The notes beneath the pieces are model-generated. The model was given only the letters and a program-made list of their open reading frames with translations. It had not been told where the DNA came from and did not search any database. Below, piece after piece: positions 27,036 through 38,055 of a DNA stretch of 64,000 nucleotides. How positions within the stretch are numbered: position 1 is the stretch's first letter; each line of letters starts with the position of its first letter. The DNA is taken from assembly GCF_030028105.1 (NCBI RefSeq), contig NC_092375.1, forward strand, positions 80,885,130 to 80,949,129. The letters run 5' to 3'. The stretch is from Mobula birostris. Lineage: Eukaryota. A program made the translations under genes and the position numbers.

Positions 27036-29261
27036 TGTAGTAGTAGTGATGTTGTATGTTGTAGTGAGGACTCAAGTCGAGTATGATGGTCTCCTAAGAA
27101 GCTGTTTATTGATGGATCCTCGGGTGGCTATAAGAGGCCAAACTAGGATCCACATATTCTGGTGCAGTGTGGGCAAAAGTTAAGTGGTGGTTGTGATTAG
27201 TGGTTGCGTTTTTTGGTTGTTCGGTCTCTCCTTTCGCAGGTGCCACTTGTTCTCCAACTCTGATGGATAGGTCGTGTCATCTGAATGTAAGTTAGACATC
27301 TGGATGACATGACCTATCCATTGGAGATGGTATTGCTTTATTGTGGTGGAAATGCTCTTCATGTTGGCCTCCTGCAGTACACTCGTGTTAGTGCATCTGT
27401 CCTTCCAGCTGATCCTTAAAGTCTTTTGTAAGGATTATTGGTGGTATTGCTTCAGTCTAAGATCCCCTCGTGTTTTAAGAAGGCAACAATAATCCCAGTG
27501 CCAAAGAAGAGCAAGATGGCATGCCTGAATGTCTATCGACCTGTGGCTCTGACATCAATTGCTATGAAGTGCTTCGAGAGGTTGGTTATGGCACACATCA
27601 ACCACAGCCTATCGGTCAACCTTGATGCTTTGCAATTCGCCTACCAGAGCAACAGGTCAACGGCAGATGCCATCTCTCTGGCCCTACATTCCTCCTCAGA
27701 ACACCTGGAGAATAAAGACGCATACGTAAGGCTCCTTTTCATTGACTACAGCTCTGCTTTTAATACCATCATTCCAAATAAACTGATTCCTAAGTTCCGG
27801 AAACTGGGCCTTAGCACTCAGCTCTGCAGCTGGATCTTCAACTTCCTCACAGACAGGACACAGGCTGTAAAAATAGGGGACAAGCTCTCCTTTACAATCA
27901 CTCTGAGCACCGGTGCCCCACAAGGCTGTGTACTCAGCCCCCTGCTGTACTCACTGTACACCCATGATTGTGTAGCCAGGTTTCCATCAAACTCAATATA
28001 TAAGTTTGCTCATGACACAACAATTGTAGGCCGTATCTCAGGTAATGAGGAGTTTGAGTACAGAGAGGAAATTAAGAACCTGGTGGCATGGTGCAAAGAC
28101 AATAACCTATCCCTCAACGTCAGCAAGACGAAGGAATTGGTTGTTGACTTCAGAAGGAGTAGCAGACCGCACGACCCGATTTACATCGGTGGTGCGCAAG
28201 TGGAACAGGCCAAAAGCTTTAAGTTCCTCGGGGTCAATATCACAAATAACCTGACTTGGTCCAACCAAGCAGAGTTCACTGCCAAGAAGGCCCACCAGTG
28301 CCTTTACTTTCTGAGAAAACTAAAGAAATTTGGCCTGTCCCCTAAAACCCTTTATAGATGCATCGTAGAAAACATTCTTCTAGGGTGCATCACAACCTGG
28401 TATGGAAGTTGTCCTGTCCAAGACTGAAAGAAGCTGCAGAAGATCATGAACACGGCGCAGCACATCACACAAACCAATCTTCCATCCCTGGACTCACTTT
28501 ACACCGCACGCTGTCGGAGCAGTGCTGCCAGGATAATCAAGGACACGACCCACCCAGCCAACACACTTTTCGTCCCTCTTCCCTCTGGGAGAAGGTTCAG
28601 GAGCTTGAACACTTGTACGGCCAGATTTGGGAACAGCTTCTTTCCAACTGTGATAAGACTGCTGAACGGATCCTGACCCGGATCTGGGCCGTACCCTCCA
28701 AATATCCAGACCTGCCTCTCGGTTTTTTTGCACTACCTTACTTTCCATTTTTCTATTTTCTATTTATGATTTATAATTTAAATTTTTAATATTTACTAAT
28801 TTTTACTATTTTTAATAGTTTAAATATTTAATATTTGTAATCCAGGGAGTGTGAAGCGCAGAATCGAATATCGCTGTGATGATTGTATGTCCTACTACCA
28901 ATTGTTTGGCGACAATAAAGTATAAAGTATTGTTCCAGGGCTTTCAAGTGCTTACTGCATAGTTGGTCCATGATTCAGCTCCATACAGTAATGTAGTGAC
29001 GACAGCCTCTCTATAGACCAAAAGTTTTATTTGGATCTGTAGGTCACCAGCTTCAAAGACTGTTCTTTAATTTTGCATAGGCTCTACTAGCACTACTCAG
29101 GCAGTGGTTGATCTCTGAGTTTGAGCCTGCTTTTGAGGAGATAAGGTTCCCAACCAGTCACTGTTCCAGTCCTACGTAAAAGTTGGCAATATTGCCATTG
29201 AAAATGTAGACTATTTTCCCTACCTTGGCAACATTCTCTCCTCAAAAGCGGACATTGACCC
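27036..29261 (-). mobile_element. RTE-clade LINE, 5'-inverted, interrupted by Rex1
   Basis: minus-strand LLYGAESWT and LQWIGHVIQM; (CTA)n-like tail; plus-strand ENVDYFPYLG...ADID at ~29095-29270; TSD AGATGCAGCATGT / AGATTCAGCATGT. Confidence 0.75.
27441..28927 (+). mobile_element. relatively young 5'-truncated Rex1/Babar LINE (RT pseudogene)
   Basis: 329-aa [11 protein letters not shown]...QFAY...[12 protein letters not shown]...[13 protein letters not shown]...KFAHDT; same frame resumes after TGA 28425; (AAAGTAT)2 tail; TATTG at both ends. Confidence 0.92.
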
Positions 29262-29357
29262 AGATTCAGCATGTAGGATTGAATGTTTTTTTCTGAACAC
29301 CTCTTAAGTCTATTGGCATTAATTTTCCTGCATTTTTGCAATTTGTTTTGTTTTAAG

Positions 29358-29554
29358 ATGTTAAGGACCAAGGAAGTCCAGAACAGGATTCTATGGATAC
29401 AACTAGTGGAAAAATGGATGGATCAAATTGTGCGATAGCAACAGAAATTCAGCCAAAAAAGATAAAAGGATTTGGCTTTGGAGATATTTTTAAGGACAAG
29501 CCTATCAAACTAAGACCAAGATCCATGGAAGTTGAGCTTGATACTGTTGATAAG
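29358..29554 (+). CDS. SH3KBP1: SH3KBP1 coding exon, SH3B-SH3C linker
   Basis: ttgttttaag|ATGTT...GATAAG|gtaaaa; 197 nt, phase 1 to 0; [30 protein letters not shown] is the CIN85 form of this motif (CD2AP has KEGSVKLR). Confidence 0.95.
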
Positions 29555-32500
29555 GTAAAAATCTCTATTTCTTATGCACTTCAGCAAAACCACTTATTGT
29601 AATTGAATTAAATGTATTTTGTGCTGGGTTAGGCACTGTTACTTCCTATGATAGTTTATTTCTGTGACAATGTAAGTTATGCCTAAGTAAGGAGGACTTG
29701 TCTATCAAAAGGTTCGGAAAATATCAAGTTTATGCAAGTGTTTTTTTTATTGTTACAGTATAGAAAGAGAACAGAATTACTCGTGTCAAGAAAAAAATAA
29801 GTCATACACATAAGATTCTGCAGATGCTGGAAATCCAGAGTAACACACACAAAATGCTGAAGCTCCATGTACCTGTCCAGGAGTCTCTTAAAAGGCCCTG
29901 TTGTACCTCCTTTTGGCGAGGTACACCATTGTACTTTTCCCAGTGTTAAGTAGTGAGAGCAAGCTGCGGAAAACCATTGCATATTTCCTTCTGTGCAGAC
30001 TGTTGAATGATCTAACAGGTCTTTAACATAATTAAATGATTCTGGAAGGCAGATGGAAAGAAACTTCCTGTGGCACAGAAATCATATGAAGAGTGCAGTA
30101 ATGTATAATAAATTTATTGCTAAGTGATATAGGAGTCAACGTGAGTTTCCTATGATGAGTTTTAAACACCTGAAACTCCCTGCTCAGTGGCAGTGTGAAT
30201 CAATTAACCAGACACTGTTCACCGAAGAAGGTTGTTCACCAAAATATTTCAATTGGCTTGCCAGCAACACCAACATCTCATGAGAAAGTTTAAAAATGTA
30301 TATTCTGCACTAACATTTGTTCCTGAATTAATGTAATCAAATTAATAATCTCATTTGATTATTCATTTGTTTGCTGCAAAGCATTTTGTGATGCCCTAAT
30401 ACTAAAAACACTATTCAAATTTTTTTTTTTTTTTGAAATGAGAGAAAACAGCTCAGAACATTTGAGAACCTTAACTGGGAGAGTTTCACCTTAAAACTAT
30501 CTTTTATCCAAATGCTAATTGCTTTGTGCATTTATGTTTTCATTCTTTTATTGTTCTGATCTATTAGTATTTGTATTTATATTTCTACTGAATTTTTTTG
30601 CCTTCTGTTTTCTGTTCCTGGTTGTTGCAGAAACATGTTGTTGATTGTTGACTTATCTGATCAGAATCAGCTGTGTAGAATATTTGTGATTTCTAGATGT
30701 TTCTTATTAATGCGTAGGTGGTGTCCCTTTGGTACTTACGTTCACATCTGCACTGCATCTCGCGATGAGACAATTAGACAGTGAATGCCTATTCGGCAGT
30801 TCTTCATGAGAACTGAGAAACCAACAAATGTTACTTTTTTTAAACTGAGGAGCTCTAATACATCACAAATGCATTTTAGCATTTAAAGTTTGCATTGTGC
30901 ATTAATATTATATATTTTTAGCTAAAATATGGGTATTCTTTCTATACACAGCTAGGACTTGTGTAAAATCAGGTACAGTAGCAATGTTATATGACTTCAA
31001 ATGAAGACGTCTTATTTTGAAGAAATTTTTGTCTTTTGCTGGAAATGATGCAGGTCTTTAAATGTACTTCCTGAGAGTGTGCAGGATGTTTCATAACTTT
31101 TTAACTGTGACTCTCTACATACTTAATCCAGGAAATGGTTATTTGCAAATATTTATTGGGAAATCCCTTCAATGTGTTCTTACCAATAACATTCAGAAAT
31201 ATCCCCACTTATTACGTTCATGATCTCTTTTTGAACAAGATCATCCAGATTAGTGAAGATATGTATTGAATTTCATAAACATACTGATTATTGGATCAAT
31301 TGTTATCTGTACTAGAGACCTAGTCAACTGATGATGGCTGGTTACTGCCTTGAATTAGCTGCGCTACTATTTCACAATGGTTTGGGGTAAGAAATTCAGG
31401 AAGCACCAAATGATATTGGTATTCATGGAGTCTTCAACTTTCAACCTGACATCCAAGTGAGCCAGGACCAGAACTAGTTAGTTTTAGTTTGTGAGCTTCT
31501 GAAATTAATTGTACTTTGTAATTAGTATAATGAATTCAGCATCATACTGTCTGCATTCCCCTCCCCTCACCTCTTGCGCTAAGAGAATCCCTGTTTGTAT
31601 CACGGAACTTGAAGACCTCCATGACGGTACCCTATTGCTTTATTCCTTTCCTTTATCTGCCTGCATAGCTATTCCTCTATGTCCTGGTGGCTATTAGGGG
31701 ATACCTAGTAAAATACCATTAGAGCAATTGCACCCTTCCTACTCTTCTGAGGACTAATTTGGGGTATTGTGTACATCCTTCTACTTACGTGATGCTCTTT
31801 CCGAGTGAAATAATCCTCGCCTGTTAACGTGAGGCTGAAACCTTTCACACCTTCTTCAATCACCTGGTCCAATCACTCCAGGTAGAATATCGTCAACTGG
31901 AACAGATGGTGATCATTACAATTTGACAGGAAGGTAGAGATAGCGGAGTTCAGATCTGTGAAGAGTCAAAACATGGAACAGTGCAGCACAGGAACAGAGG
32001 GGAAGTTCCCAAATTTCCACCTACCTCGAAACTCACCAACAAAAGCAGTTGATGGGCCAAATCAGATAACCAACATAAGCTGTACTAGAAGTTAAAAGTT
32101 CCACGCTAGAAGTTGGAGATAACACTTTTATTCATTTGATCATTTTCAGTTGGATGTTAAGTGCATATTTCATTCAATTTTTAAAGGTGCATTTAAAATA
32201 AATATTTTACTGAGAATCTCAAGTAAAAATCAGTGTCCAAAGCTCAGGGTCTCCATTTTTGGTAAGGATGTGAAGTTAAAACAATAGCTTTTTATTAGGG
32301 ATTCATATTTGGCACGATGCTTAAAGTTTAAAAAGTTTTAAGAATATTGAGAACAATAAAAATCAGTGAACTCAAAGTCCGTGGTTTGATAGTCTGGGAA
32401 AGAATAAGGCAGAGCATGCAGAACGTCTTGATTTTCAAGTGTTTTTGAGTAGAATAGAGGACATATAAAATGGGACATTTTAAGTACAGAAGGAACAAAA

Positions 32501-33824
32501 TAAATAGTTCTAGAGAAAGCAACCCATACCAAATGATGGAGGAACAGCAGGTCAGGCAGCATCTATAGAAAAGAATAAAGAGTCGATGTTTTGGGGCAAT
32601 GTCTTTGGAGCAATGCAGTTGTCTTAGTCTATTACTAAAAGTGATCCTCTGTTCAGTCAATGTGGCTCTTCCCGTTTGTACTCCTATTGCTGTTCCCACT
32701 CGACTTTCTGTCAGTCAGTTGTGTTTGACTATTTTCTCCCATGCACACACCTTTGCCTACCCAAGTTTCCTTCTTTCCACCACTCCATCCTAACAAACAC
32801 CTGCATAGGTATCCTCTTCTAAACTCTGCATGTCCTGCCCTTCCCCTAACAATTTCCTGCAAATTAGCTGTTCTTTTTCCTTTCATTTATTCTTTTCATT
32901 TTCCTGGAACTGTTCCCATGTGACACCTCCCTCACCAAACCTGTGACCTGTGTCTTGCTTCATCCTTACGTGGATTACCTTGCTCCTACTTGCCTTCAGG
33001 AGCCCTGCTTCCCTCATGCACCTCCTCGCCACTTAAATTTGCCCACACCATAAGTAGGAATGATTCCAATGACTCTTGTTTCCTTCTCTCCCTTTCTTGC
33101 TCTCCATTTTGCCCTTTCTTTATGTTGTTCTCCCTGCTGTGCTGCTTTCCCATTCTTGCTTATTATCCTGTTGTTTGCTAGTGGCATGCATCTCTTTGGT
33201 TCACTGAGCCTTATATTCTGCACTTGGTGTCAGTTTCATAAGTGTATTGAGGGAAAAATAGCAAATTAAGGATGTGGGCTTCTTGGATTAATTGTTGTAT
33301 GCTCTTTCCTTGTCAAAGTGCCAAGTCTGCCAGACATTGAATGCTGGCTGTCTGTCTGTGCTATTTAGTTATTTCCTGGTATGCCTTCATCTTCCTTTTC
33401 CACTCTCTAAATTCTCGTGACATTCAAAATTTTATTTTTAATATTTACTTTCAGTTCTTTTTTCCACTGATGTCTTTTAGTGCTTTAATTGTCTTTATTT
33501 TCTGAGAATTTGAAAATATGAAACCGATTTTTCTTTAATGTTTTCTACTGTTCTGACTTATATTTTCTAAAAGCAAATTAAAGTAATTGAAGAACTTTAG
33601 AATGCACACACTGAAACAACAGCGGTTTGCTGTTTGCTGCATTTTTAGGAGCTCCATTAGACCTGTCTGTTTAAATCTCATTAACATTTCATTTGTTCTA
33701 GCAACTCCATTTTTTGTGCATTACTGTTGCCAGCTATAAATAAAGTTTAAAGCTATTGAAAAAAAAATCCATTTTCACAATCAAATTTATCCCTGTATAT
33801 AATGAAGAAAGAAATGCTCTTTAA

Positions 33825-36220
33825 AAACTTTTCGCGGGCTTCCAGCTGGGTACAGGTTATTGATTTTAGCTGATGTTTCGATAGCAAACTCTGACGCCTT
33901 CATCGGGGTGGTACCTGGGCCATCTAGTCTGGTGGTATTTATACCCCCCTGTCCCTCCTGATTGGTTAGTCCTCATCCAATCTGGTTTCCACTCTCTCAC
34001 CTTGTTTACAATCGAATTCCACTTCTTACTCAGAGTGAGACCTTGGTCTTTGTTAAAATTCTTTTCCTCTAGTTTAATTTCAATAGCTTCCTTTACCAGG
34101 CAGTCCCAAAAGCCATTGGCGCAGCACAGTGGTTTTGTGTTTTCAAAGTCAATCCTATGGCCATTGCGAATGCAATGTTTTGCTACCACCTACTTTTCCG
34201 GGTAATCCAAACGGATACGTCTCCTGAAATCCTTGATGCAGGCCAATATACACTGCTCAGCATTCACAGGTAATCCTGTAAACACCAGCCATTCTGGGAC
34301 CCAGGTCACCTTGGACCCACGTAAGCTGTGATGTGAGCTTCCTTACAGGTTTGTGGATAGTATTAATCCAGTATTTCTTCAGTATCCTTTCAGTATCCTG
34401 GAGATCCTTCCAGAAACCATAGAATTATAAGGAAGTCAGGCGGTAGCAATGGGTTCTTCCTTATTGTTAAGTTTCCTGCTTTTTGTGTCAGCCTTTTAAG
34501 GGCCCGATTGATTTCCTTCACCTTGTAGCTATTCTGTAGAAACATTGTGCGTAATCGTTTTATTTCCTTGTGGAGGCTCTCTGGGTCTAAAATAGTTTTC
34601 ACACGGTTAATGAAAGTAGAAAGGACTGCTCTATGTTGGGAGGCTGTTATTGTTGTGGTATAAGTCCGTGTGAGTGGGTTTCCGACAGATGCCATGTCCA
34701 AGGCTATTGTCCGGTTTCTGTCGTATTAGAATGTCCAGGAACGAGAGGCAACCATTCTTCTCCATCTTCATTGTAAATTGAATGTTTGGATGTATGCTGT
34801 TCAGATGGTCGTGAAACTGTTGGAGTGCCTGTAGTCCATGAGACCCCACTATGAAGGTGTGATGGATGTAAAGCATTGGAGATGCAAAGGTAATGAACTG
34901 AGAACCCTCTCCTCAAAGTCCTCCATGTAGAAATTAACAATAGCTGGCAACAAGGGCGATCCCATGGCCACTCTGTCCATTTGTTCATAGCAGGTCCCCT
35001 TATAGAGGAAGAACATTGATGTAAGGGTGTGTTCAAAAAGGTGACTGCTACCCATATCAAACCTTGACTGCAGGAGGACCAAGCTGTCCTTAATGGGAAC
35101 TCTTGTGAACAGGGACACCATGTCGAAACTGACCATTGTGTTCTCCGGGGTCAGATGGATGTTGGTTATCATTTTTATGAAGTTGTCGAATTCGTGATGT
35201 GATGCTCATAGTCCCCAACAAAGGGAGACAGCATGATTGTTAAATGCTTAGTGAGGTTGCAAGTCAGAGAATCTATCCCACTGATGATTGGCCTCGATGA
35301 GGGAGACCCTCCTTGTGTATCTTAGGGACCCCGTAAAGTCTTGGTGGTACCACCACCTGAGGCAGAAGTGTCTTGCACATATCTGTCGGCAGTCTGGATT
35401 AACCGTGTGAAAACTATTTTGGACCCGGAGAATCTCCATGAGGAAATAAGACAATTACGCACGGCGTTCCTACAGAATGGCTACAAGGTGAAGGAAAACA
35501 AATGGGCCTTAAAGGAGCTGACAGAAAAACCAGGAAACCTTAGAATGAGGAGGAGCCTGTCTTCCCTATATTTCCACGGTTTCTGAAAGGATCACCAGGA
35601 TCCTGAAGAATACAGGATTGATACCATCCAGAAACCCGCAAGGAAGCTCAATTACAGTTTATGCAGGTCAAAGATAACCTGGGACTCAGGACGGCCGACA
35701 TTTACAGGATTCCTTGTGAATGCAGAGCAGAGTATATCAGCCAAACGGAAAACACAGTGGAAACCCACATCAAGGAGTTGAGGAGGTGTATCAGTTTTGA
35801 TTACCCGGAGAAATCGGCAGTAGCAGAACATTGCGTTTCAATGGCTATAGGATTGACTTTGACTGCACAAAACTACTGTGCCACACCAAATGGCTTTTGG
35901 AACTGCCTGGAGAAGAAAGCCATTTCCTCAAGAAAACTAGAGGAAAAGAATTTTAACAAAGTCATGCTCTAAGTAAGAAGTGGAATTCGATTGTAAACAA
36001 GGTGGGAGAGCAGAAATCTCATTGGATGAAGACAAACCAATCAGGAGGGTTGAACGACGGGGGTATAAATACCACTGGAACAGACATGCCTAGGCATTAT
36101 TCCTGATGAAGATGGCAGAGTTTGTCTTTGAAACGTCAGTTAAAGATCGATACCTGTACCCAGCTGGAAGCCCGAGAAGAGTTTATTCATCACATACGCT
36201 GGGAAAGCACTAGATTCTTT
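33825..36220 (-). mobile_element. Penelope-like retroelement (RT + GIY-YIG) with inverted terminal duplication
   Basis: minus-strand RT remnants VSFDMVSLFTRVP, VAMGSPL, IQFTMKMEKNGCLSFLDI; GIY-YIG remnant IYRIPCECRAEYISQT...SAVAEH on plus arm; arms ~33825-34610 and ~35398-36185. Confidence 0.9.
36103..36140 (+). ncRNA. minimal hammerhead ribozyme-like motif in Penelope terminal repeat
   Basis: CTGATGA-A-(gatggcaga/tttgtcttt stem)-GAAAC-GTC; mirror copy on minus strand at ~33873-33908. Confidence 0.55.
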
Positions 36221-36399
36221 TTCACTTTTTTTTACTTGCCAGGTACCATAACTATTATGCAGTAGTAAAATTCTGATGATGTTTATTCTTTCATGGTGCC
36301 TGTATTTTAAATTGGTTATTCAAGAAGTAATTGGGAAATTGATCCCTTATTTTTGAGCAGGCTACTAACTGCTGGATGATAATACTTTAATAGCAAAAG

Positions 36400-38055
36400 T
36401 ATAATTAAGAAAATAGTTAGTCTCCTCAAGGGTCAATGTGGTTGGAGCCACAGGAAGTGGGCAAGCTGTTGTAAATGAAAATGTCTTTTCTGTGCTTATA
36501 GTAGAGAAATCATGGAAACTAAGGTATTGGGGAAATGAATTGTGATGTATTGGAGCATACATAACAACAGAAGAAGTCCTGGCGGTCCTGAGGCATGTTA
36601 AGGTGGATAAATCCACAGGGCTTTATAATGATAGAATAAAAGAATGGCTATGTAGGAAGAAAAGGTTAAATAGATCTTAGAGTAGGTTATAAAGTGGCAT
36701 ATTATGTGCTGAAGGGCTTTGCTGTGCTCTAGTGTTCAATGTTCTGTACGTCTATCTGAAGACGTTGTGGGTAGCTAGTGAAGAAACTGACGGTGCCCTG
36801 ACAGAGATATTTGCATTGCTGTTAACCGTGGATGAGTATAAGTGGAGGGAAATTTACTAGAGGAAATTCTGAGGGACAGGATCTAGCAGCATTTGGAAAG
36901 GTAAGGACTGGACATATGGCTTTGTGCATGGGAAATCATCTCTCAATGTCTTACAAATCTTACTGAGATTTTTTTTCAAGAAGGGGAAGAAGGTAGAGAG
37001 TTTCTACGTAGACTTTAACAAGGGCTTTGACAAGGTCCTGGTTGGCAGCTAGTGTGGAAGGTTAGATCACATGGGATCCAGGGCAAGCTAACCAATTGTA
37101 TACAAAACTGATTTGTTGAAAAGAGGCAAAGGGTAATGGTGGAGGGTGGAAGGGGCAAATCAGGATTTGGTGCTGGGTCCACTGCTGTTTCTCATCCATA
37201 TCATTAATATAGATGACGATGTTGTTAATATGAAGACTACACCAAAACTTTTGGTCTGGTGGACAGTGAAGATTATCTAAGATTACAACAGGATCTGGGG
37301 AAGTGGGCCAAAAAATGGCAGATGGAATTTAATTTGGACAACCGCGAGGTGTTGTATTTTTGGAAGTTAAATGAGGGTACTGGAGAGTGTTGGACGGGTA
37401 CAGGTGCATTGTCCTAAAAGTGATGACACAGGTAGACGTGGTGAAGAAGGTGAGTGGCATGCTTGCCTTCATTAGTCAGTTCATTGAGTACAGGAGGAGG
37501 AATGTCATGTTTTAATTGTACAAGACAATGATGAAACCACACTTGGAAGCTTTCGTGCATTTCTGGTTCCCCAACTATAAGAAAGATGTCATTAAGCTGG
37601 AAATGGTGCATTAGAGATTCACAAGGATATTACCAGGATTGGAGTACTTGAGTTATAAGGAGAGGCTGGATAGGCTGAGATATTTTTTTCTAGAGTATAG
37701 GAGAATGAGGGTGGCCAGCTAGATGTAAGAATAATGAAGGATATAGATAAGGTGGATGGTCAGTTCTCTCCACCCCCACCCCATGTATGGGAGTCTAAAA
37801 TAGACATACATTTAAGATGAGAGGAAAAAGATGTAAAGGAGACCTGAGGGGCAGTTTCTTCATACAGAGAAAGGTTGCCTGGAACGAGCTGCCAGAGGAA
37901 GCTGTAGAGGCATGTACAATTGCATCAAAAGCGCATTTGGACAGGTACATGGTTTGAAGAGGTTGTGAGGGACCAAATGCAGGCAAGTGGGGTTAGGTTA
38001 GATAGGCACCTTGGCTGGCGTGGATGAATTGGGCCAAAGGCTGAAGTATAATTCT
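36400..38055 (+). mobile_element. degenerate CR1 LINE
   Basis: RT-region remnants (gctttgacaaggtcc, tggcagatggaatttaat) and CR1 3' end. Confidence 0.8.

Noticed and set aside
25609-29357. Equivalents of the rodent long-isoform cassette exons
   Set aside because: No recognisable peptide similarity; most of the intron is TE-derived
32600-33270. Overlapping short ORFs on both strands
   Set aside because: Pyrimidine-rich decayed repeat-like sequence with no domain similarity
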